From Takakia lepidozioides (taxonomy: Eukaryota; Plantae; Bryophyta), in assembly GCA_030704615.1 (NCBI GenBank), contig CM060731.1, forward strand, positions 87,730,001 to 87,794,000: a DNA stretch of 64,000 nt. The letters run 5' to 3'. A program made the position numbers and the translations under genes. Positions 25,741 to 37,599 of this stretch are shown piece after piece. The notes below the pieces were generated by a model. That model saw only the letters and a list, made by a program, of their open reading frames with translations, was not told the origin of the DNA and ran no database searches. The first letter of the stretch is position 1. Each line of letters begins with the position of its first letter.

Positions 25741-26510
25741 ATGTGCACAAATGGATAGGATAAAGATTCTGAGCGAGAATTAATTCTTGGCTTACCCAGA
25801 GAAATATCGATTCGGATATTTAAGAGTTTATCTTGCAATGAGGCAGAGTTAGTTTGAATAGAAAGTGTGAATAAAGCCCGGAAAAAGGAATTATCAATTC
25901 TATATAAACATCGTCAATTGGGACGTAAATGGATCAGTATGTGGTGCTATCCGATAGATGGTTATCCAGAGTTCATGAAGGAGCAGATTAAGGAAATGAA
26001 AATAGAAAGTCTTCGATTGGATTAACTGGAGGAGTATAATGGTGAAGTAAAATCATTTGCATGGCAGAGGGCATTGATGAGGAAATAAAAGAAATATCAG
26101 AGTTGATCACTGGATTACCAGATCATTTATCGATAATAATCTTTCAGAAGCTTTGTTGTAGCGATAAAGAAGTATTCTTATTGCAATTAGTCAATAGAAG
26201 ATGGTACAAAGAGATATCCATTCTACACAGGAGTTGTTATTGGAAGCATAGTTGGTTGCAGACATGGTACAGACCGTTTGAAGGCTATCCGGAACTTATG
26301 AGAGAATGGAATAATAACTTTGGTGAGGGAAAATCCCTGGAGCAACTGAAGAAATAGGATTGGTAGTGAAGAGCAATCGATAGTGATGTGTGGAAAAGAA
26401 CGGATAGCAGATCATGTAGAATTAATTACTGGACTACCTAATAGTCTGTCGTTAGATATCTTTAAAAGACTGCAATGTAGTGACAGAGAGATAATCAATT
26501 TATGGCTTGC
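25741..26510 (+). CDS. Three tandem ~95-aa F-box-only ORFs (middle one, 26061-26357, intact)
   Basis: ELILGLPREISIRIF, ELITGLPDHLSIIIFQKL..LQLVNRRW, ELITGLPNSLSLDIF; shared W..W..P..GYPE.M tail; ~320-bp period. Confidence 0.65.
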
Positions 26511-28200
26511 AGAAAACCACTGTGATTTTCCGAGTTGTTGTAACACATCTTGTATCAAGGGCATAGGGTAGGCATCTTTCAAAGTATGGAGATTGAGCTG
26601 CCTGTAGTCACCACAAAACCTCTTATTACCATCATTCTTTGGTGGTAAAGCAATTGGACACGCATATTCTGACCTGCTTATGCGCATCTTTCCTTGTTGA
26701 ATGAGTGCCTCAATTTGTTGTTTCTTCAGCTTCTGACAGTCTATTTGCTAGTGTTCTTGTGGCAAGAAAACCCTTGGGTGTTGATTTTGTGTTCAACATA
26801 TGCACAGTGCCCTAAGTCTGCTTTGTTCAGTGCAAAACTGTACTGGTTCCTGTGGCATAACTCTATCATCTGCTGCTTCTGTTCTGGAGTGAGCTCAGGA
26901 GAAACTTGAGCTTGCTTTGTATACCTTCCCACCTTTGTTGTTCCTCCAATGTTTGCATGCCTTCTTCTGTCCGAATGTCATCTGTCCCTATGGCATGCAA
27001 GTAAACCAGATGAGCTTATTTCCTTTGCTGGTTGGTGACCTTTGTCCAATCTTCCAGCTCATCATCCGAGTTGGGATTTGTACGGTTACATCCATTCCAG
27101 ATCTTGGTATAGGCATCCTTGATAAAACCTTCCCTTACTTCCCTGTAATTGGGGTCATCAAGTAGATCTGGGTGTTCATTGTCTTGGAGGTCTTCCTCCC
27201 ATATGTCTAGGCACTTGAGGTTATCCTCCATTGCCTCTTGGTCAGAGTTGTAGCCTTGATTATCCTCTTCCACATCAGAGCCCTCAGTTGAGTGTGAACT
27301 CTCACTGTCGTTAATGTCTGATGCACAATTAGATAGCCCATCCTCAACCATTGGTGTGAATAAGCTTTGGCTGGCGTGTACACCTGTTGTCTGTTCCACT
27401 GCCATAACCTCTATTTTGATCTGAGTGTCCTCAATCAATGGCTCTACAGCCAAGTTCTCTGCAGAACTCGTGAAAGTTTCCAATCGTTGGCTTTAGGTGG
27501 TTCATGGTGTGAAGTGGGAAGTAAGCCGCAGGCCCATATCTTACTCTCAACGTTTATGTTTCCGTATCAACTACTACCCCGAACTTCTTCAAGAAGTCCA
27601 ACCCGAGCAACATACTGTAAGTGTCTGTATCTACCACCATGAAAGTGATCCTGTTACTCAGTTTTCCAACAGCGACCTTCAAATTGTCGAGCACACCCAT
27701 TGTTGTTTCTACAGCGCCTGAGGCCACCCTATATGACATGTCTTGATCTGTTAACACACAACCCATGAGTCCCAAATCCCTGACTATTTTTGCTGCTATC
27801 ACGGAGATCATTGCCCCTGTGTCTATCTGGCCCATTACTTGGAAGTTTCCAATGGTTACCAGAGCATGCAAAGCCTTTACTTTGTCTGTGAATGCATAAG
27901 AGATGGCTTCCATATCCTTGTTGCTAGTTTCAGGTGTCAGTTTTACCTCTTGTTGAACTCGATTGGCTGGAAAAGCACCCATTTTGCTCTTCTCCACTAC
28001 CTTGACCAGGCTCTAGAGTTTTTCAAACTCTCCTGGCACGTGCATGATGACCTCCATTGGTGACATGGATATACGTCATTTGTAGAAATGATTCAGTATT
28101 TTTGATCTTCATGTCTCAGATCCTGGGTGTTTCTCAGATCTTCTTGGGAAGAGGAATTGCCTCGAGGGTCTCCTTAGTTCCTCTGGCACTTCTTCCTACC
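26511..28200 (-). mobile_element. Ty3/gypsy protease-RT fragment
   Basis: GQIDTGAMIS, LLGLDFL, KRFCGDYRQLN, DAYPMPLI; truncated after WFSA. Confidence 0.9.
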
Positions 28201-28204
28201 ACCG

Positions 28205-29481
28205 ACCCCTGTGAGAGCAAGAACAATGGGACACAACAGCTCTAAGCATCCTACACACCGTTGGGGGAAACCGAAGAGGCGGCGACCTCCCTCAAAAGTG
28301 AACAAGACAAGGATGGGGAATGCACTTCGGATGAACTGTACAATCCAGAGCTCGACAGAAGTGCCCCCACCAGGCTTTGGGCGTGTGTATCAGATGGCCA
28401 TGGCAGGCTCAGCTGTTCGCAATGAGGTGTACACCATCACCATTTCAGAATTACCCACCTGCAATTGCACCGACTTCCAGATCATGGGCATCATACTGCC
28501 CTTGCAAGCATCTGTACTACGTGTACCTAAAGAGACTCCGGTGTAATTCCACAACTCATCACTTCATACATGCACCGGGGTTGAGTCCCCAAGAGGTGCA
28601 CACTCTTCTGAATATGGATCCAGGGGACCAGTGAGCTTGGTTTGCGGTCCCAACACAATGGTACGCCCATCCTTTTCGGATAGTAGAACTGTACTGCTGC
28701 AAGTAGCTCTGACTCTGGCCACAGAAAGGTCCGACTTATGTCTTGCCTACCAACCTGTTTTGCTCGAACTAAGATAATACTATGTCATACACTTGTGTTT
28801 CCACGTGCATGTATTTTTGTGTGTTGGAGGGTTCATGTTTTTCTGCTCTCCCAAACTTTGCTTTCCTCATTCGACCCCCGGCAAGGAAATGTGGCGCCAC
28901 ATTTCCAAGTAACGTCGTAGGTACTGGTAGATGCGGCCTTCGCCAACACCAAACCGCCCAGAAATTTCGCACGTGCGAACCCTAATGCGGCACCGCGTTT
29001 CCCAGTTGAGTCGCAAACCTTTCCCACCGAATACCCGAAGATGACAGAATTGTGAAGTACTGCAGACTCTATTGGTGCAGACTCTATTGGTTCAATCGCG
29101 GCAAAAGGTTCAACTTCATTCCAATGTTAAGGCATGTAAAACCGCGGAATACTCTATATAGGCCAGTATGCGACGTCCTTTTGCCGTGGTATACTGGATT
29201 TCTCGTTGCACGGTCACTCATTTCCATGAGCGGATCCAAAAAACCATGAGCGGACTTGTGACTGACGACATATCTTCGCCGCATGACAGGATCTGGAACT
29301 TCCAAAAACGGCAAGGTCAAATTTAAAAAAACTATTATTTTAATACTTGTTTAATCTGCCGCATTTCCAAATTTGGAGGAGTCCGCTCATGAAATCCGCG
29401 TGTCTTAGACTTCGGCTCACCGCTCATGCGGCTCATGCGGCTCATGGCTCATGGTTTTTGCTCATGAAATAGTAAACCTCG
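28205..29481 (+). mobile_element. 3' part of a DNA transposon carrying a SWIM zinc finger
   Basis: YTITISELPTCNCTDF..CKHLYYV. GCTCATG/ATGAGCGG subterminal repeats at 29215-29470; reverse strand begins CGAGGTT at 29481. Confidence 0.6.
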
Positions 29482-30858
29482 CAGCTGGCAGGTGGGATGA
29501 TACTGCAAAGGTGAGAAGAATGATCACGGTCAGAGGGGTTAGAAAGGAGCCAGGAGCTAGGTCGCTGCTGCATTGAGGTTGGCAACAGGGTGCACACCTT
29601 CGTTGTAGATGACAAGTTGCATCCCAGAATTAAGGAAATCCATGCTGAGCTGAGAAGATTGTCTGGGTGGAATGACTTTGACAAGTAACTGCCAATGTGG
29701 CAGCAAGAAAGTATCCAAAAACAGATAACAGTGTTCAACAATGTGGCTGAATGAACTGTGGTGCCGCGGAATGCCATGCTTATGCACAACAGGGGCGTGG
29801 GATGGAGGCTTTGGAGACCTATGAGTAAATGATGGTGGAAGGGGTGAAGCCCGACCACATCATGTCTGTGCGTTTGCAAGCCTGGCAGCCTTGGAAAAGG
29901 GCAAAGAGGTGCATGGTTGCATCGCGAAAGCAGGAATTGCACCGGATGTGATTCTGAACAATACCCTCGTGGACATGTATGCCAAATGTAGGAGGCATTT
30001 CAGCAGATTCAGATACGTTTGTCTGTCTCTTGCTTAAGTGCATCAAGATGAAAGGTCTGGAAGCTGGAAAGCAGGTGCACACTCACATTATCCAAAGTGG
30101 ATTCACGCCAAGTGTTTTTCTCCTCAACACCCTTGTCAACATGTCAAACCTGGGAGCTCTGAAAAAGGGGAAAGAGGTCCATGGTGACATCGTCAAAGCT
30201 GGAATTGTACCAGATGTCATTCTGAACACTGCCCTGGTGGACATGTATGCCAAATGTGGGTGCATTAAGGATGCGAAGGAAGTTTTCAACACTATGGCTG
30301 AACGAGATGTGGTGTCATGGAAGACGATGCTTGCAGGGTATGCACAGCAAGGACGTGGTATGAAGGCTTTTGGAGACCTATAATCAAATGATGGGGGAAG
30401 GGGTGAAGCCCGACCACATCACATTTGTGTGCATGTGCAAGCCTGGCAGCTCTGGAAAAGGGTGAAAGAGGTCCATGGCGACATTGTCAGAGCTGCAATT
30501 GTACCAAGTGTCATTCTGAACAATATCCTCGTGGACATGTATGAAGGGAGTGTTCGACAATATGGCTGAATGAGATGTGGTGTCGTGGAGTGCGATGATT
30601 GCAGGATATGCACAGCAAGGGCGCGGGATGGAGGCTTTGGAGACCTCTGACAAATGATGTGCGAAAGGGTGAAGCCCAACCGCATAACATTTGTTTGCAT
30701 TGGCAATGCATGTGCAAGCCTGGCAGCCTTGGAAAGGTGCAAAGAGGTCCATGGTGACATCGTCAAATCTGGAATTGTACCCGATGTCATTCTGAACACT
30801 GCCCTGCTGGACATGTATGTCAAATGTGAGTGCATCGAGGATGCAAAGGGAGTGTTCG
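29482..30858 (+). pseudogene. Scrambled PLS-class PPR fragments including E/E+ domain
   Basis: AAGRWDD..IEVGNRVHTFVVDDKLHP; NTALVDMYAKCGCIKDAKEVF..RDVVSW; GVKPDHITF. Confidence 0.9.
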
Positions 30859-32519
30859 ATGTGCCATGTAAGAGGCCCCAGAGTAATATGAGATCAATCG
30901 AAATTCGTTCAATGGGCCAACGGATGGTTGCCCATCCAAATGATTTTCGTTCGCTTTCAAACCTTGGCCAGTGTCCTCTGATACGTCCCAGTGTAATACG
31001 AGATCAATCGAAAATCGTTCCATTGTCCAATGAGGCGTTCACTTGCCATCTGGTTTTTGTTCAATGCGAAAAAGAAATCCTGCAATGCGTGCACGGCTAT
31101 TGCACCCATTGAACGGTTGTGGTTGAAGCCCCTCTTTTGCCCGCACGTGCTTGAACATGTGCGGAGACACAACAGACGAATAAATCATTTGCCTCCCCAT
31201 CGACGCGCTCCCCCCTCAAGCCATTCCACATTTTTAATTGAATTTAAATTTATTTTAAGCCAATAAATAGGTTTGCACTGCCTTTCAGTGGGGGTTTCTG
31301 GCACGTATCGATTTTGTTTTTGGCTCAATTTCGTTCTGCGGCTTCCAGCATCCCACGGCTACTCCCCCGCCAAAATTTGGACCAATAAAAAAATGCCCCC
31401 CCCAAAAAGGTGTTCTCTTTTCGCTCACTATTGCAGAACTCTCTATGAAGAGTGCATGAAGTAGAACACAAACCAAGTTTGGAGTGCAAAAGAGGGAAGA
31501 AACTGTGGTTTTGGGTCCAAATGAATTTTGATCGCTCCCAAATTTGGCACGCACATTGCATATGGCTACATTACACGCCCCATTCAAAAACGGAATGAAA
31601 AACAAATCCCGAGCACGCGAAACACAGTCCAACAGGTCCCAAAGCAATAGCAGCTCCAACAGAATACATTCAACGGGTGAACGGATGGTTGCCCATCCAA
31701 ATCATTTTTGTTAGCTTCCAAACTTTGCCAGCACGTTCCAGACACCCTCTCACAGGTCCCGGACTAATATCAGATCAATCGAAAATTCATTCGGATGGCT
31801 CGACGGATGGTTGGCCATCGAAATGATTTTGGTTCGCTTTGAGACTTGGCCACTATGTTCAATGTGCCATGTAAGAGGCCCCAGAGTAATATGAGATCAA
31901 TCGAAATTCGTTCAATGGGCCAACGGATGGTTGCCCATCCAAATGATTTTCGTTCGCTTTCAAACCTTGGCCAGTGTCCTCTGATACGTCCCAGTGTAAT
32001 ACGAGATCAATCGAAAATCGTTCCATTGTCCAATGAGGCGTTCACTTGCCATCTGGTTTTTGTTCAATGCGAAAAAGAAATCCTGCAATGCGTGCACGGC
32101 TATTGCACCCATTGAACGGTTGTGGTTGAAGCCCCTCTTTTGCCCGCACGTGCTTGAACATGTGCGGAGACACAACAGACGAATAAATCATTTGCCTCCC
32201 CATCGACGCGCTCCCCCCTCAAGCCATTCCACATTTTTAATTGAATTTAAATTTATTTTAAGCCAATAAATAGGTTTGCACTGCCTTTCAGTGGGGGTTT
32301 CTGGCACGTATCGATTTTGTTTTTGGCTCAATTTCGTTCTGCGGCTTCCAGCATCCCACGGCTACTCCCCCGCCAAAATTTGGACCAATAAAAAAATGCC
32401 CCCCCCAAAAAGGTGTTCTCTTTTCGCTCACTATTGCAGAACTCTCTATGAAGAGTGCATGAAGTAGAACACAAACCAAGTTTGGAGTGCAAAAGAGGGA
32501 AGAAACTGTGGTTTTGGGT
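30859..32519 (+). repeat. Satellite B higher-order repeat, 1003-bp period
   Basis: 30859-31516 appears identical to 31862-32519 (duplicate ORF translations in the track). Confidence 0.95.
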
Positions 32520-33169
32520 ATAGCATGTAAAATACTTCGTTACACACTCCACATTGGAGGGTGGAGCCATTACGCGTCTAGCCGCTTGTTTATAAAGGGA
32601 AACACCTATAATTAAGGGGCCTGAAAGTTTGTGAGTTGTCGCTCCCAGGTGTTTCCCTTTTAAGAGAAAATAAAGAAAATAAAAAAATAACATGACTCAC
32701 CGTTGCCTGTGTATATTCTACCCAGCGCCAGGTGGCGAATGAAAATAGGCTGTGCTCGTCCCAAGACAGTCCATTTTTGTCACTTGGCAAACAATCATTT
32801 GATATAACCCCCCAAACGTGTGAATGTTATGGCGCACGCTCGAGCTGACCGGTGGGCCCCGCACACGGACGCCCGGCTCTCCCCGCCCGCCCCCCCCCCA
32901 CGCCGCTGCGTGCGGTCGCCCAGCCGCGCCCCCAGTCCGCCCGCCAGTCCGCTTTCCCTTAGTCCGCCAGACCTGTCTGCCGACCAGTCCGCTGTGGCAC
33001 TCCTTGCCAGTCCACCCTGCCAGTCTGCCCGCCAGTCCGCTGCCCATGAGTCCGCTTTCCTGCAATCCGCTGACGATGCCGCATCTGGACCGTCCGTTCG
33101 TAAATAACGGATCTCGATTTGAGCCGAGGTCGTGTTTCACATCGGAACCAACGACGCAGTTGATCGACA

Positions 33170-33985
33170 TGCAGTTGGAGGAGAGTCACCAAAGATGGTG
33201 AAGGTGGGAGCCCACTTGACAACAGAGCAGGCCTTGGAGTATCAGGCACTGTTCAAGGAATTTCGGGACATTTTTGCATGGTCCTACACCGAATTGAAGG
33301 GAGTGCCTTCTTACGTGGCAATGCATTCCATTCCTCTGATTCCGGGAGCCACCCCAAGATGACAACGCGAGAGGAGGGTGAACCCCAACTTAGCACTGCT
33401 TATTAAAGCAGAAATTGAAAAGCGGCTGGCCGCAAAATTTATTTTTCCGGTGGAGACATCAACATGGGTGTCCCCGATGGTGATCGTCCGCAAGAAGAAT
33501 GGAGGCCTAAGGGTATGTGTGGATTTCCGCCTCCTTAACAAGGTAACACACAAGGATCATTTTCCCTTGCCATTCATAGATACTTTGGTGGAAGAAGTAG
33601 CAAGAAAGGAGCTCTACTCCTTCATGGATGGCTTTTTAGGGTACAATCAGGTATTGATTGACCCGAAGGACGTGTTGAAGACCACCTTTACTTCACCATG
33701 GGGCACCTTCGCCTATACACGGATGCCTTTTAGCCTGCACCCATGATATTTCAGAGGGTCATGACATATGCCTTCTCAGACATCGTGAGAAGAAATTTGG
33801 TCATCTTCTTAGATGACTTTTGTTGCAATGGGGATGCAAAAGATCACGTTGCAGCATTACGGGAGTGCTTCATCCGGTGCAGGGAGAATGGGATCTCTCT
33901 CAACCCAATGAAGTGCGTGTTTGCAGTCACACATGGACTGCTACTAGGGCACATAGTGTCCAAAGATGGCGTGGCGACAATGGAT
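33170..33985 (+). mobile_element. Ty3/gypsy reverse transcriptase fragment
   Basis: WVSPMVIVRKK, LRVCVDFRLLN, DGFLGYNQ, FLDD. Confidence 0.9.
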
Positions 33986-34013
33986 GTAACACATCCAGTC
34001 TGCATTCCCTGGA

Positions 34014-34130
34014 AAGGGCTGATCAACCCGCGGTAATAGGTGAGACCCGCGGAAATAGGCCCTGTATGCATGCTGACGTGACGTGAGCCTATGTTGGGTT
34101 CACGGGCTCCTGGGCTCACAGGCTCACGGA
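34014..34130 (+). mobile_element. Probable transposon terminus downstream of MTase copy B
   Basis: AAGGGCTGATCAACCCGCGG.., TGACGTGACGTGAGCC, GCTCAC repeats; resembles 3845-3995. Confidence 0.45.
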
Positions 34131-34949
34131 ATAGCACCCCCCTTTCCACGGCCTATCCCCCTACTTCCGCGGAACGGAAGGCGTTCACCAATGCCAGTAT
34201 GTCCTAATTTTTTGAACCGACAGGACTGCTCCCTCATCCAAATCCGTTTCGGCCGTGAAGCAAGGGGAGGTTTGTGGATGGTTTCCGAGCACGGCACAGG
34301 ATATTCCACAGAGTACAATGTCCGGTAGCGCAATCAACATGAAAAATAATGACTAGTTTCTTCCTCTGAATTCACATACACTTTCCAATGTTTGATGATC
34401 TCTAGACATGCATCAGGAAATCCCAAAAGTTGCTATGTGGTGTGCGTGAAAAGAAGACAGTAGATCACTCTGGTAAAACTTGTAATGAAAAACACCATTT
34501 ATTAAGCCTGTGTACATCAACCCCAAGAACTACCGGAGGTTGCAGAGGAACTACTTCCAGACTCTACAACAATATCATCTACATATACGCCAGCCGGTCC
34601 GCAACGTTTTTTTCTGCCATGCCCCCCATAGAGAGGAGAACAAGTTGGTTGATGGGACAACACCCGTGTGCATGCTTCCACGTAAACATGCAAGTGGTAA
34701 GCACGAGGGGGACTCGGGGTCATGTAGTATCCATGGAAACTGAAAGATGTCTGGCGATTCGATGACTGGTGCAACACTTTGAAAAGTACAAGCGGAATGG
34801 TGTTAGAAGCCACAATTGCGAAATTTGCCATTGAAGCAACCTTTGGAACAGTACAAGAAAGATACAATGGAATGCAAAACCCTATTCCGCGGCAACAAAC
34901 TCGATTTACTCACACTCAAAATCAGAGTCCACGTCCAGATCCTCGTCAG

Positions 34950-35830
34950 GAACGTCGGGCTCCTCCAGAACTGCCTCTGGGGGGGGGGGCGGGCAGATGT
35001 AGAGCCCGATTGAAGCTACTGAAGCTCGCTAGAAAAGAGCTCTGCATCAGCCTCCATGCCAAAGAAGTGCCTTCCGGCGCTTTTGCATGCATGGAAAGAT
35101 GTCCTGCAAATCCAGAATAAATGAGAAATTGAAACAGGGTTCCCCAAAGAAATTTAAAGCTCCCATAGTCCACATATCAAGTACAAAGTTTAGGGCCCCA
35201 CCTGTGCCAATAGACAAGTCCACCACCCGGCCACCGTGCCGGCTGCATGTCTCCACCAGAGTCTACATGAAAGCTGGGGATTTCTGCCGGGCACCTCCTG
35301 CGTATTGATGCAGAACCATTTTTTGAGGAGGACTGGGGTGGCACTTTTCGGTGTCCACCTTGCCACAACATTGTCTGTGGTTTTCCCTCTTGTGGCAAGG
35401 ACCACAATACATCCACCGTCATCCAGGAGCATCCCCGCCAGCCCAAACCCAGCTCTCCAGTAGTCCTCAGTAAACCTGTTCCAGGTGGCACACCATCCAG
35501 GCCCTCCAGCAGCTCCCCATCTGGAATATCGAGGAGAATCATATCGCAGGCTCTCTCCACCTCAACCCCCTCCCCCCCCCGAGTGCTCTTGCAATCCGTG
35601 CTCACAGCCGTGAAGAATTCCATCATGGATTCGAAACCAGGGGTGTCTTTAGGCTCTGTACTGGGAGCCCTCTTCTTGGCTTTCCCCTTCAGCTCCTCCA
35701 CAAACTTGTTGTGTGCCACCTTCTTTGCCCTGGCAGCTAGAGCGTCAAGGAAGCTCTCATTGACACATTGGATGATGGTTGGGGGTTCTAGCTTTGGCCT
35801 CTGCAGAAACGTCACCGCCGAATACCGCCG
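34950..35830 (-). pseudogene. Beta-class amino-methyltransferase-like gene, copy B (internally deleted)
   Basis: CDMILLDIPDG, LLDDGGCIVV, RVVDLSIGT|GTSFHACKSAGRHFFGMEAD; intron at the same codon as in copy A. Confidence 0.75.
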
Positions 35831-35839
35831 TGTAGGCTC

Positions 35840-36800
35840 GCCCTCATGCGGAGGCCCGACGAAACCGACCTCCGCTGCCTCCGCTGGGTCCAAAGGAGGC
35901 GAAAGCTCCGCACATGCTATCATGGGCTGACTCCAAAATCTGGGGAACCTCTTCCGGGGTGACGCATCGCCTCAAGAGTCCATCCAATCCCCTTCTATAA
36001 AGTTGCCCTCCCACAAGAGCAAACTTCATGCTGCGCAGCCGAAGTCTTCATCGCGCATGTCGATCCAATCCTGGGGGGAATTCCAGGGTGCTTAAATACT
36101 GAGCTACGTGTTCATACCATGGAGGAATAGTCTCTATGGAGAACAAAAATGCATCAGGGAAGTCATCGTCAATAGGCTCAGCCCCTGTTTCCTCCGACAA
36201 TCGAGAAAGTTGATCGGCTTGAGCATTAAGCCTTCCGGGCTTATAGACTACCTTGTAGTCAAATTCCTGAAGTAGAATAACCCACCTGGCTATTCTTCCC
36301 GTCAAATCGGGTTTGTTGATCAGATATCGTAGTGCCATGTGATCAACAAAAAAAATGAAAGGTGTCTCTAACAGGTAATGCCGATACTTTTTTACGGCAA
36401 AAATCATTCCCAGAGCCTCCCCCTCCGTGGTGGTATACCTTATTTTGGCGAATGTCAGCTGTCGACTGGCAAAAGATATTGGATGATCATGGCCATTAGC
36501 ATTTGGTTGGCACAGGGCACAGCCTACGGCCAGTGTTGAAGCATCAACGTAAACATGGAAAGGCCTGTTCCAGTCGGGAGTGGCCAAAACAGGAGCGGAC
36601 ACCAAGCGCTGCTTGAGTGTCTCGAACGACTCCTGACACCCTGTATCCCAGGAAAATACCTGGTTTTTCTTCAATAATTGAGTCAGAGGTAAGGCCTCTG
36701 CTGCATACTTGTCCATAAATTTCTTATACCTCCCTGTGTGGCCAAGGAACCCTTTCACCTTAGATGATGTCTCTGGTGCGGGCAATTTGACTATGACGCT
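35840..36800 (-). mobile_element. Ty3/gypsy RT-RNase H-integrase N-terminal fragment
   Basis: VYVDAS, FASRQL, FFVDHMAL, ADQLSRL, ILESAHDSMCG. Confidence 0.9.
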
Positions 36801-36804
36801 CACC

Positions 36805-37135
36805 TTTGCTGGATTTGCATGGGAATGTGGCTACGTCGTGAGCAGGTGCACACTCACATCATCCAAAGCGGATCGTTGCGAAATGTTTTCTTACTCACCA
36901 CCCTTGCGAACATGTATGGTATGTGCGGGAGCATCATGGATACTCACCAGAAGAATGCCTGAACGATCTTTGATCACGTGGACTTTAACATGATGGATTT
37001 ACCAAGCTTTCTTCTCGTAGGAATGGTTTGGAGACCAACGAGCAAATGATGCGAGAATGCTTGCCCAAACCAAAGACGTTTGTTTGTTTTTGCAATGCAC
37101 AAAAGCCTGTGAGCTCCGGAAAACACTAAAGTGAT
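36805..37135 (+). pseudogene. PPR fragment
   Basis: QVHTHIIQSG..TLANMYGMCGSI..MPERSLITW. Confidence 0.65.
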
Positions 37136-37599
37136 TGAAGGAACAATCCGGGCAATCCATGCAACCCCCGTCCAACGATAGTTTGCTCCCAGGAATTTGC
37201 ATCCCACGCACACATTGCAAACAGGACAACAAGCACACACAACCATCCCATTTCAAAACTGGCCCCGAATAAAAGTAAAAGTAAACTCGATATCAAGTGT
37301 CACAGTCATCAGAATGAGAATCGACCTCCTGTGCTATGTCCACAAAGATTCCGGCCCCAACACCACGTCTTCTACCACTGCCGTCAATGGTTGGACTGCG
37401 AGTGCCATGAACGGACATGTTTGCTGCGAGTGCCTCCACATAGACGGGTAGCATGTAAGACTGAGGAGGACTTGAAAGAAGTCCAAAAAGGTGTGATAGC
37501 CCTGGAGGGTTAGTGGAAGCACACGGACTCCTGCACAAGTCGACAAAAACCCATTTTGAATACAATGATGCAATGCACAAGTCCAACGAAGAGGATGTC

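Noticed and set aside
29482-30858. Functional PPR editing factor
   Set aside because: E+ domain lies upstream of the repeats; multiple frameshifts and deletions.
3845-34130. 3845 and 34014 as the two ends of one insertion
   Set aside because: Similar motifs but no matching TSD, and unrelated PPR and gypsy fragments intervene.
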